25,834 bases of DNA from Promethearchaeati archaeon (GCA_013166835.1 JABLTI010000032.1:1-25834); one strand, 5' to 3'. Shown: positions 8,706-17,586, counted from the stretch's first letter. Made by a program: numbers and translations. The notes: generated by a model not told the origin, from the letters alone.

Positions 8706-9080
8706 ATGATGGCAGAAACAAAAAAAATCGGATTTGCATTATGTGTTTGCACGGGAAAATGCCCAGGATTCGAGAAAATGGATATGTGGGACTTTGTTAA
8801 TAGGGTAAGAATTGAACTTCCTGTTGAATACGCATTCATTCATCCTCAACTATGTGAAGAAGATGGTGACAGATTCTTCGATGATTACTTGAAAGAAGGT
8901 CGGAAATACATGATAGCAGGCTGTGCACCAACAATGCAATATAAATTATTTAGAGATGCGTTTAGTAAAAGAGGATTAGACGTCAAGAAGGATTTAGTGC
9001 CATTGGATATTAGGGACATGACAACAGAAGATGCTTTTCAATTGGTAGAGAAAACACTGAAAGAAATAGGAGCGGAATGA
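8706..9080 (+). CDS. Heterodisulfide reductase subunit A N-terminal-domain-like protein (stand-alone, Cys-rich)
   Basis: KIGFALCVCTGKC...HPQLCEEDG...MIAGCAP...LDIRD resembles the HdrA N-terminal pattern (IGVYVCHCG...YMCS..G...VAACSP...ANIRE); no FAD-binding domain. Confidence 0.65.
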   Translation: MMAETKKIGFALCVCTGKCPGFEKMDMWDFVNRVRIELPVEYAFIHPQLCEEDGDRFFDDYLKEGRKYMIAGCAPTMQYKLFRDAFSKRGLDVKKDLVPLDIRDMTTEDAFQLVEKTLKEIGAE

Positions 9081-9119
9081 AAAATAACCGAAAAATATGA
9101 CTCTAATACTGCAACCTTC

Positions 9120-9389
9120 ATGGGAGTGCCCAGAAAAGAGATCCCATGGTGGCCAACTATAGATTATGAGAAATGCAATTTTTGTATGGACTGCGACAAA
9201 TTTTGTCCCCACAAAGTGTTCGAGAAACAAGAAGATAAGGAAAAGAAGTTAGTTGTAACAAATCAATACAACTGTGTCGTTTTTTGTAGAGCATGTATGA
9301 AGTTATGCGAGCCAGATGCTTTGATCTTTCCTGATAAGAAAGAAATAACATCATTGATTAAAAAAATCCGAAGTGAAAGTAATGACTAA
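9120..9389 (+). CDS. 2x[4Fe-4S] ferredoxin-like protein
   Basis: CNFCMDCDKFCP and CVVFCRACMKLCE motifs; GVPRKEIPWWPTID N-terminus. True start may be upstream (see findings). Confidence 0.85.
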   Translation: MGVPRKEIPWWPTIDYEKCNFCMDCDKFCPHKVFEKQEDKEKKLVVTNQYNCVVFCRACMKLCEPDALIFPDKKEITSLIKKIRSESND

Positions 9390-10245
9390 GAAAATCTCAG
9401 TATTACCATGCTGTGGGATTAATAAAACGCTAGGATTGGTAACAATAGAGATTGGTTTGAAACTCAAGGAATTAGATCACTCGATTGAGTTAATATCACC
9501 GGCTAATTTTAGTGTGGATCAAAAACGATTCCAAGAATTAATCCAAGAATCACAAGTTATAGTTTTTGATGGCTGTGCTACACGTTGTGCAACAAAGCTA
9601 CTTGAAAAAGTGGACTTTACAAAAGTAAAAAGAATTTTTATTCCAGAGGAAAGCAAGAAATATGAAGTTCGCCTTGGGAAAGCCTTGAGACTATCAGATG
9701 AAGGAAAGGAATTCGCAGAGAAAATAGCTAAACAAATCATGGAAGAATTGAAAAAAGAAGCCAAACAGGTCAAACAACCAATAGTAGAACGTGATTTTGG
9801 TAAAATAGATTATTTTGAAATTACTTATGATAAATATCATTTTCGAGTGCCAAAGGAAGGATATTATTTCAGTGAAAACGATTGCTGGGTAAAACAAGAC
9901 GGTGAAAAAGCACTCATAGGGATAACAGATTATCTTCAAAATAAATCAAGTGATATATTGTTTGTTGACTTGCCAGAAATAAACACACAAGTAGTACAAT
10001 TTGATGAAATAGTTAATTTTGAATCAGTAAAAGCAATGCTCTCGTTAATATCTCCAGTATCAGGAGTTGTAAGAGTTATTAATTACAAATTAGAGGATGA
10101 GCCAAATTTGTTAAATGATGATCCATATGAACAAGGATGGACAATCGAAATAACCTTGACGGATTTTGATGAGGATAAAGAGCTGTTAATGGATGGAAAA
10201 ACATATTTCGAGTATATGAAGAAGAAGATAGAAGAAGAACAATAA
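9382..10245 (+). CDS. DGC-domain (putative zinc-binding) protein fused to glycine cleavage H-protein-like lipoyl carrier
   Basis: N-terminal PCCG...VFDGCATRCA. C-terminal YYFSENDCWVK..IGITDYLQ..DILFVDLP..FESVKA..SPVSGVV..N..L..EPNLLNDDPYEQGW, with the lipoyl Lys codon at 10030-10032. Confidence 0.85.
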   Translation: MTKKISVLPCCGINKTLGLVTIEIGLKLKELDHSIELISPANFSVDQKRFQELIQESQVIVFDGCATRCATKLLEKVDFTKVKRIFIPEESKKYEVRLGKALRLSDEGKEFAEKIAKQIMEELKKEAKQVKQPIVERDFGKIDYFEITYDKYHFRVPKEGYYFSENDCWVKQDGEKALIGITDYLQNKSSDILFVDLPEINTQVVQFDEIVNFESVKAMLSLISPVSGVVRVINYKLEDEPNLLNDDPYEQGWTIEITLTDFDEDKELLMDGKTYFEYMKKKIEEEQ

Positions 10246-10259
10246 ATGGTGAAAGATAA

Positions 10260-10667
10260 TTGAGTGAAAAAGTATACATAATACCTTGTAGTGGGATGGG
10301 AAAAGTCTATGGAAGTATTTGTCGGCAAGCAGCCTATAGAGTAGTAAATGACCTTAAACCTGGAGAAACAGAGATTGAATGTTTACCATTAATTGTTAAA
10401 GGGAAAAAAGAACTAGTTGAGAAACTCAAAAAGAACAAAGTAATAACTCTTGATGGGTGCACAGCTATGTGTGCTTATTATGATGTGGCAAAAGTTATTG
10501 ATGAACCAGATGCCCAGTTCTTATCAACTTCTATAATAAAGGATAATCGTGAATTAAAACCTGAACCGACTATTTACCCCTTAGGTGAAAATGCTAAAGC
10601 AATAATGGAAATTTTTGCAAAAGAAATTGCTGAGAAAGTAGGTGAATTGCTAGATGGAGAAGAATAA
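10260..10667 (+). CDS. DGC-domain putative zinc-binding protein
   Basis: IIPCSGMGK...ECLP...ITLDGCTAMCA; TTG start after GGTGA RBS. Confidence 0.8.
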   Translation: MSEKVYIIPCSGMGKVYGSICRQAAYRVVNDLKPGETEIECLPLIVKGKKELVEKLKKNKVITLDGCTAMCAYYDVAKVIDEPDAQFLSTSIIKDNRELKPEPTIYPLGENAKAIMEIFAKEIAEKVGELLDGEE

Positions 10668-11100
10668 ATTAATTTTAACAACCAAACCTAAAATTGGTTT
10701 AATTGCATGTAGTGGTGAAAAATTAGTAGAAGGAACAATAACTCGAGTTGCAACAAGAATTGTAGTAGAAAAACTAAGACCACAGATAACAACTATTCTT
10801 TGTCAACCACTCTTTATGGCAGGAGATATAAAACACAAGGGCGGAGGAAAGGAGAGGGAATTTGCCAAAATACACAAAACAATTACTGTAGAAGGCTGCG
10901 GAGATGATTGTGCGAAGATTGCTGTTGAGAGATATAGTGCTCCTGCTGCTGCAACAATTTATGTTCAAGATATTATGAAAAAATATCCCCAATTAAAACC
11001 AATATCCAAAGAAGAGCTCGATGAAGATGGCATGAAACTTGCAGAGATAGTTGCAGAGGAAATAGCAACTACCATTGATGAATTATATAATTCTCAATAA
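10654..11100 (+). CDS. DGC-domain putative zinc-binding protein
   Basis: LIACSGE...LCQP...ITVEGCGDDCA; overlaps the previous gene by 14 bp. Confidence 0.8.
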   Translation: MEKNKLILTTKPKIGLIACSGEKLVEGTITRVATRIVVEKLRPQITTILCQPLFMAGDIKHKGGGKEREFAKIHKTITVEGCGDDCAKIAVERYSAPAAATIYVQDIMKKYPQLKPISKEELDEDGMKLAEIVAEEIATTIDELYNSQ

Positions 11101-11151
11101 TGCAAATTTACCGGTAATTAATTGGAAAGGGAAATTAAATTCGCGATATAT

Positions 11152-12540
11152 CTACTTCTTTGTTTTCTCATCTTCTTCTTTCTTGATTACTTTCGAAAAC
11201 ATTCGTATGAGAAACTTATCAGATTGAGCGAAAAATCGTTTCCTAAAGGAAGAAAACCACATTAAAGGTTTCAGGATAAAACTGAAATCTCCAAAAAATA
11301 TCTTTGGCCAATCAAATAATTTATGCTTTTTATAATATGAATAATCTTGTGGAAAGACAACTTGGTAGGTGTGAATTAGATCCCTAAAAACCTTGTGCCC
11401 TCCAACGCCCAAGAAGGTTTTAGGACGAGTATACTTGCCATGTTCAATACCCCAAAGTATACCATCAATGACATTTTGAATCAAAGTAGTTATCTGTTTT
11501 GAATCAGTATATTCATCTGTAACTATACCTACTAGATTTGCCCGACCAACTTCTGGCATAGCTTCTATTGCTTCTCGTAAAATTGGCATTTGCTTTAGTG
11601 GACCTGAAACGAAGAATGCATGTTGTTGTCCCATAAAAACTGGACGGTGACCATTAAAGAAAGACCTGTCTTGAAATATTTTCACTCCAGATGAAAGATA
11701 TCTATCTTGAGTTTTGTAGGCGTAAACAACAGCATCTACTTCAACAGTATATTTTTTGAAGATTGCATTATGCTCATCAGGATAAAAGCAAATATTCTCT
11801 GAAGCACAGTTCAAGCAACCCAAACACCCTCCTTTGATGTTGGCATTGTTAATATTAACAACCGTAACTTCACAGGGCATTAATTTAACGAATGTGTCAA
11901 TCATATTGTTTAAGCTTACATCAGATTCTGAAGCATCTGTTAAGACAGAAATTTTGTGTTTCTTAGTTTTTGGTTGAACTTTAATTTTTGAAGGATTATA
12001 AACGGGATAATCAAAAGTTAGAGGTAAACAAACCTTTGCTGACTCTAATTTATTTTCACATTGAATAAAGAACTGAATCGCGAAATTCTGAAGACGTTTT
12101 CGCTCTTTCTTTTTTAGTAACTCCATCATTTCAGCGGAGTATCCTCGAAAATAATTCATCCCAAAATCTTCTGAAATAGCATGTATGTAATTATGAGCTA
12201 GGTGATCGTAAAATTTCCCACTAGTTGAAATGCTTGTAGCGTTTTTCCCCTTAAAATAGTTGAGCTTCTTGCGTTCAAAAACAAGTTCAATAAATCGTTT
12301 CAATTGTGAAGGCACAGATAGTATATATACTGGATAAATCCAAATGACTCCATCTGCTGCTTTAATATCTTTTAAAATTAAATCAAAATACTCTTGATCC
12401 TTTTCGATTTTCTTGATTTTTCTTCCGATATGATGGACCTTATACTTATGCATTGGAAAATTAGCTTCTATGTATCTCAAATATTGATATGTAACGCTTT
12501 TGGTTTCTCTTGGACTGCCATTCAAAATTACAAGCTTCAT
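11152..12540 (-). CDS. Tandem flavodoxin-like NAD(P)H-dependent oxidoreductase with Isf-type Fe-S motif
   Basis: N-terminal LNGSPR...ADGVIWIYPVY..SVPSQLKRFIE; second flavodoxin domain with CLGCLNCASENIC (CxxCxxCx5C). Confidence 0.78.
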   Translation of the reverse strand: MKLVILNGSPRETKSVTYQYLRYIEANFPMHKYKVHHIGRKIKKIEKDQEYFDLILKDIKAADGVIWIYPVYILSVPSQLKRFIELVFERKKLNYFKGKNATSISTSGKFYDHLAHNYIHAISEDFGMNYFRGYSAEMMELLKKKERKRLQNFAIQFFIQCENKLESAKVCLPLTFDYPVYNPSKIKVQPKTKKHKISVLTDASESDVSLNNMIDTFVKLMPCEVTVVNINNANIKGGCLGCLNCASENICFYPDEHNAIFKKYTVEVDAVVYAYKTQDRYLSSGVKIFQDRSFFNGHRPVFMGQQHAFFVSGPLKQMPILREAIEAMPEVGRANLVGIVTDEYTDSKQITTLIQNVIDGILWGIEHGKYTRPKTFLGVGGHKVFRDLIHTYQVVFPQDYSYYKKHKLFDWPKIFFGDFSFILKPLMWFSSFRKRFFAQSDKFLIRMFSKVIKKEEDEKTKK

Positions 12541-12720
12541 TTGTGAACCTCACGAATTTCTATACTAGTAGGTTTGGTATTAGAGCTTTTCTAAACATAC
12601 CATACTTCTGACACAGACTTTTCATTGATTGAATTTTTTCAGAGAGTATCTCATAGTCAAATTTGTTAGCAATCTAGATTCACCACGAGATTTTAATGTA
12701 ATCAGCAAGGCAAGAAAAGT

Positions 12721-13674
12721 ATGATAGAGATAAAGATACAAAACAATTCTTCTGTCAATAAGGAAGAACTACTAAAACTCAATTTATATCAAAGAAGAAA
12801 AGAATTGGGAAGAGAACTGAATACAGAGGAGATAAGAAAAGCCGAAAGACTAACTGAGGGAATGCTTAATTCGTTTATAACAATTAATTTCCTTGCATAT
12901 GAGAAGGAGGAATTAATTGGATGGTTAGGTGTTAGAGAAGTAGTTCCCCCTACCGTGCTCTTCTACGAAAACCATCCAATAATTAAAGCAAGTGAGAAAG
13001 AGCAGAAGCAGATAGCACAAAAGTTACTCCTAAAAAGTTTCGAGTATGCAACAAAGAAAAATATAACAAATATACGAGTTTTTGTAGATGTCCCTGAAGA
13101 AAGGAAAAAGAGATTTCTTGAACTAGAAGAATACTATCTTTATGCTGGAATGAAGCAAACTCATACAGTTCTTTGTATGGAAAATAAATTATCAACTGAC
13201 AAATTGAAAGGCATTGTAATCAATAGTGAGTATCATATTGAATCCCCAAATTCACAAACACCAGAATCACTCAAAAATTGCTATGAAAAAATCTTTACAA
13301 AATCATTTGATAATTTTACGAATAGTTTAGATTCTGAAGAGCGCAAGTATTGGAATACCATTGCAAGTCGAAATTTTAATGAAGCATCTTTAGTAATAAA
13401 GAAGGAAAAAGAAATTGTAGCCATAATATTAGCTGTGGATTATGGTGACTTTATGGAATTAGGACCAATAGGAGTAGTATCAGATCACAGAGGAAAAAAA
13501 CTAGGCAAAGTGTTAATGGAAGAATGTCTTACAAGATTAATTAAAATGGAAAAGATTGAAAGCTATTTGGAAGTTGATCAAACAAATGCTCCAGCAATAA
13601 ATCTCTATGAATCCTACGGATTTGGTGAGGTTTCAAAAAAGCATGGATTCCTGTATAGGAAAAACTCTGATTAA
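12721..13674 (+). CDS. GNAT family N-acetyltransferase (tandem GNAT fold)
   Basis: IGVVSDHRGKKLGKVLM and LEVDQTNAPAINLYESYGF. Confidence 0.85.
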   Translation: MIEIKIQNNSSVNKEELLKLNLYQRRKELGRELNTEEIRKAERLTEGMLNSFITINFLAYEKEELIGWLGVREVVPPTVLFYENHPIIKASEKEQKQIAQKLLLKSFEYATKKNITNIRVFVDVPEERKKRFLELEEYYLYAGMKQTHTVLCMENKLSTDKLKGIVINSEYHIESPNSQTPESLKNCYEKIFTKSFDNFTNSLDSEERKYWNTIASRNFNEASLVIKKEKEIVAIILAVDYGDFMELGPIGVVSDHRGKKLGKVLMEECLTRLIKMEKIESYLEVDQTNAPAINLYESYGFGEVSKKHGFLYRKNSD

Positions 13675-13721
13675 TTTATTCTTAGAATGAGAAAGTAGTA
13701 GACCTTACGAGATTTGTATGA

Positions 13722-13991
13722 TTACTCCAATTCCTTTCTAGTGATTTTAAATGTGACTTTCCCTTTATCTGGACATGAATGAATATCAGAGTCAGGATTA
13801 TCCGAGCACCAAGGAAATTTTGCTTCATATTTCATGGCAAAAATCTTTGGTAACATACAATATAATGCTGTATGACATAATTTCCCTTCAATAAAATCAT
13901 TCTCAAATATGATTTTATTTCCAACTTCATGACCTGTAGGACATTCTTCTTTAACTTTTACAACTTCAATCTCAATTCTCTTGTAGGGCAA
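13722..13991 (-). CDS. TIGR04076 family protein
   Basis: EVVKVKEECPTGHEVG...LCHTALYCMLP...FPW...SCPDKGKVTFKI; TTG at 13991 follows a GGTGAG RBS, so the 14090 start is unlikely. Confidence 0.78.
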   Translation of the reverse strand: MPYKRIEIEVVKVKEECPTGHEVGNKIIFENDFIEGKLCHTALYCMLPKIFAMKYEAKFPWCSDNPDSDIHSCPDKGKVTFKITRKELE

Positions 13992-14127
13992 ATAACTCAC
14001 CAAAAAAAGAATCATAATTCGAAAGTATAAATGTATCAACAAAAATGAAAAAATTAAAGTGATGAGTCCTGTGCGATTTGAAAAAATCATAGAACAATTA
14101 TAACGTAAAGATTTCTTTTGCTAGATG

Positions 14128-14859
14128 CTAAAAATTGCGAAAATCTTTTATGAATTTTACAAGATTGTCAATTGCTGACTTAAGGATTGTCTTACCTGAT
14201 TCTTTACTGATATTTTCTAATGAACCTACAATTCCATCAGGAGCAAATTCAGTAAGATGAGCAGGCAATGAAATATTATTAAGATATAATCCCCAAGCCT
14301 TTGGTGGTTTTGTAATATTTGCTAATTCTTCTTCTTTTACGAGAGATGGATTAAGAGCGAGATTTATAGATGTTTCAATTTCTTCAGCATGTTTGAAGAT
14401 AAACCCGGGGAAAAGTTTGGAAACTAGCGCAATATCTAAGAATTCATAAACATCCGGTGTAGCAACACGTATCTCTTTATCAAAGAAAATTTCTTTAGCT
14501 ATTTGTTTTAAAAAAGCACTATTTCCACCATGACCATTTATTATTATTATTTTGGTGAAACCATGATGAAGAACGCTAAGGATATACTGTCTCATTAATT
14601 CCATATATACATCAGGTCTTACCCATAAGGAGCCAGCGAATTGTTTATGATGTTCAGAGATACCAATAGGAATTGTTGGAGCGCAAATTATATTGGCTTT
14701 TTTACTTGCTTCTCTGGCAAGATATTGTGCTGTAAAAAAATCAGTCCCCAAAGGATTTGCAGGACCATGTTGTTCTGTAGCACCAACAGGTATGATTATT
14801 ACCTTATCTTTCTTTAGATATTCTTTTACTTCATTTGAGGTCATATTTTCTAAAAGCAA
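14128..14859 (-). CDS. Creatininase / creatinine amidohydrolase family protein
   Basis: PVGATEQHGP..PLGTD, GISEHH, INGHGGN, HAEEIETS motifs. Confidence 0.9.
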   Translation of the reverse strand: MLLENMTSNEVKEYLKKDKVIIIPVGATEQHGPANPLGTDFFTAQYLAREASKKANIICAPTIPIGISEHHKQFAGSLWVRPDVYMELMRQYILSVLHHGFTKIIIINGHGGNSAFLKQIAKEIFFDKEIRVATPDVYEFLDIALVSKLFPGFIFKHAEEIETSINLALNPSLVKEEELANITKPPKAWGLYLNNISLPAHLTEFAPDGIVGSLENISKESGKTILKSAIDNLVKFIKDFRNF

Positions 14860-14999
14860 AATCTATCCCAACCTAAACTCTTTAGAAAGTAACATCTTAA
14901 AATGTATCCCATAAATCTTATAAAAAAGGAATTAGGAAGAAAATGCTCATTTATGTTCAACTATTATTTTCTATATCTTAGAAACTGATCCTTATTATT

Positions 15000-15806
15000 T
15001 CAAAGAATTTCTTGCAATAATGTTGCTTCTCTTAGATGATTAACGAATTCTTGAGTAAATCGGGCAGCAGGAGCTCCATCAATTAAATCATGATCAAAGG
15101 AAATAGTCAAATGTAAATACTCTCTTTCTACGATTTCTCCTTCAATTTTAGTCAAATGTTTCTTTATCCCGCCAATCGAGAGATTTATTGTAGTTAAACC
15201 ACCAAAACCACTAATCCAACCAGGTATATCTACAAACATCCCAACTGATGTGATTACAATCAAACCACCATTTCTTTTAATAGTAAATGGATTGTTGATG
15301 TATCTTCTCATTAGTATTTTCCGTAGAAATTTTGGTAAGAAATAATAATACTTCGCTCTATTATCTTGGTCTAAAAGTTGATCTTTTTCAGAAACACTTT
15401 TTGATTGAGCCTTTCTAATCTCTTTAGAAATATCGATTAAACTTTTATTTTGTGATCTTCTAACTGAATGAGCAATAGGAACCATTTTATTACGAATTTC
15501 ACGCTCTACCATTATTATAATATCTATGTCCTCAAAAACTATTATTTTGTTTTTCCCCTTTCTAAATGAGTTAAAACGTGGGTAATCCTCAATTACTTTA
15601 GATAAGCTTTTTGCAATCCAAGAAGTAAATGAAATTTTCAATCCATTTTCCTTTTCATATTTTTTAATTAAACGTCTTCCTTTAGTTACATCAACCTCAA
15701 TATAGCCTGTCATATAATGTTTTTTAAGAAAAAAATCATAGGTTTCTGAAAGTAATCGCCTATTTTGTGAAAATCTCTTCACTTCGTAATTACCAATATT
15801 GTCCAT
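15000..15806 (-). CDS. 2-oxoacid dehydrogenase E2-type acyltransferase, catalytic domain only
   Basis: EVDVT, SFTSWIAK..S..I..YPRFNS, ITSVGM, LTISFDHDLIDGAPAARF (catalytic His/Asp); no lipoyl or subunit-binding domain. Confidence 0.85.
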   Translation of the reverse strand: MDNIGNYEVKRFSQNRRLLSETYDFFLKKHYMTGYIEVDVTKGRRLIKKYEKENGLKISFTSWIAKSLSKVIEDYPRFNSFRKGKNKIIVFEDIDIIIMVEREIRNKMVPIAHSVRRSQNKSLIDISKEIRKAQSKSVSEKDQLLDQDNRAKYYYFLPKFLRKILMRRYINNPFTIKRNGGLIVITSVGMFVDIPGWISGFGGLTTINLSIGGIKKHLTKIEGEIVEREYLHLTISFDHDLIDGAPAARFTQEFVNHLREATLLQEIL

Positions 15807-15909
15807 ATTATTACAACAAAGTTATTTCTTTAAATTCTTTTTCAATTTTTCGAGGTATAAAATTTCAAGTCCAGAATTGATAAGATCAAGAGCGATTTGA
15901 ATGGGAGAA

Positions 15910-17586
15910 TCATATCTTCAAAGCAAACAATTTCCGGTATTCGATAACTTCTCCTGTCTTTTTATCTCGTTCTTCGAGGACAGTTTCTTCTTTGATATCT
16001 TCAACTGTACTTTCTAAAGAAACGATTTTTACAGTTTCACTTAAGGAAGCTTGTCGTTCTTGAAACTTTTTCAGCATTGCTAGTTGTTGGTCAATCTTCT
16101 CTCGATCTCTTTTAAGCGCTTTTTTCAGTATTTCTACTTCTATTTCTTCAGCTATGACATGAGCCTTATCTAATAATTCAATTGCTCTACTGACATCTAA
16201 TTCCACTAATGCGAGCTGAGATTGTAACCGATACACATTAGCAAGGAGCCACCGAAGTTGCAGTTTATCTGCTTCTGATTCTAACTGAGTTATCCATTGT
16301 TGGACTTTTTTCAAACATTCTTCACTTGGAGAAAGTTGGAGCTCCTTTATGTGAATCTCTAACAAATTGTATAAGAGATCTAACCGCCACTCTGAGGGCA
16401 AGTCATCTTCATTCAACATTTCTTTCAATAAGTCTTCTGCTTGTCCCCAATCACTAAAATCACTACTTGTCTTCAAAAGAAGTATGGAAGCATAACGATA
16501 TAACCGATTGATTCGTTCAAAACCAGTCTCGATACTGATTTGTTCTAGTCGCCCTAAATATTGTTGTGCTTTATTAGGATTCTTTAATTCAATGGAAATC
16601 AAAATGAGATTAAAAAGTACATGAGGTAATGCTTTTCTTTCATTTTTTTCCTCGCAAAGTTTCAATGATTTCAGATAGTATTCTTGAGCTTGCTCAAGAT
16701 CATATTTCATGAAATAAGTATAAGCAATATGGTTTAGTGTAACATAATTACCCCAGTCAAAACCTTCTAATGACTTTTGAAAACATTCCAACGCTTTATC
16801 TAGCTGAAAATTTGCGCTATAAATAAGTCCCAGATCATTATAAGCATGATAATATAATGTTGAGCCAATTTCATCCAAGAGAGAGAATCCTTTTTCGTAC
16901 GTTTTAAATGATTTATCAAATTCTCTCCTTTTTCCTAAAATATATCCATAAGTTATGTAATATGCAGCTAATTCTAGTTTGTTGCCTATTTCTTTAGCTG
17001 TTTTATAGGCTCTATCAAAATACTCATCTTGTTTTTCATCACTTGTCATGAAAAAACCGAGGAATGTTAAACAACGAGCTATAATTCGTTTATTTCCACT
17101 TTTCTCAGCAAAAATAAGACTTTCTTTTAGTAATTCTTTGTTTTTTTCAAAATCGCCTAATTGATGAACAATTAATCCATTCCAATGAAGCAATAAACTT
17201 TTTCGCTTGGCAAAATCTTTTGGAGGGATGTCAGAGATTTTATTTAATAACCCTAAACCTTTCTCTATGCAGATTAAACCTTCAGCAAATTGCCCTATAG
17301 AATAGTAGAGAGCAATTACTTTTTGTACAAGGGCATCTATTTGGAGTAAGTTATTATCTAACTTCTCACTTTCCTTAAGCACTTCTTCTGCTAATTCTAA
17401 TGCTACTATATGCTTTCCTAATTCATTCTGAATGTCGCTTTTGTGCACGAGAAAACTAAGCCTTTCTTCTTTCTTGATATATCTCCTTTTCAAGCTATTT
17501 TCGATTATTTTGAGTGCTTCTTGGAATTCTCCATGAATCAGGAGTTGCTCAATTTTTTGGAGTGATTTTTCAATAGTTGAAGACAT
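15910..17586 (-). CDS. Tetratricopeptide repeat (MalT-like TPR) protein
   Basis: TPR consensus segments, e.g. AYNDLGLIYSANFQLDKALECFQKSL and TLNHIAYTYFMKYDLEQAQEYYLKSLKL; coiled-coil-like C-terminus; start set at ATG 17586 (MSSTIEK). Confidence 0.82.
   Translation of the reverse strand: MSSTIEKSLQKIEQLLIHGEFQEALKIIENSLKRRYIKKEERLSFLVHKSDIQNELGKHIVALELAEEVLKESEKLDNNLLQIDALVQKVIALYYSIGQFAEGLICIEKGLGLLNKISDIPPKDFAKRKSLLLHWNGLIVHQLGDFEKNKELLKESLIFAEKSGNKRIIARCLTFLGFFMTSDEKQDEYFDRAYKTAKEIGNKLELAAYYITYGYILGKRREFDKSFKTYEKGFSLLDEIGSTLYYHAYNDLGLIYSANFQLDKALECFQKSLEGFDWGNYVTLNHIAYTYFMKYDLEQAQEYYLKSLKLCEEKNERKALPHVLFNLILISIELKNPNKAQQYLGRLEQISIETGFERINRLYRYASILLLKTSSDFSDWGQAEDLLKEMLNEDDLPSEWRLDLLYNLLEIHIKELQLSPSEECLKKVQQWITQLESEADKLQLRWLLANVYRLQSQLALVELDVSRAIELLDKAHVIAEEIEVEILKKALKRDREKIDQQLAMLKKFQERQASLSETVKIVSLESTVEDIKEETVLEERDKKTGEVIEYRKLFALKI

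Noticed and set aside
8706-9389. Calling this a true heterodisulfide reductase (hdrA)
   Set aside because: Only the small N-terminal-like domain is present; there is no FAD-binding GxGxxG domain and no hdrB or hdrC.
9382-10245. Calling this a canonical glycine cleavage system (gcvH)
   Set aside because: It is fused to a DGC domain, and no gcvP, gcvT or lpd gene is in the window.
13992-14090. Hydrophobic N-terminal extensions in the ORF track (also 17587-17706, 1504-1566, 23136-23237)
   Set aside because: Probably upstream non-coding sequence; downstream starts fit RBS positions or domain boundaries better.
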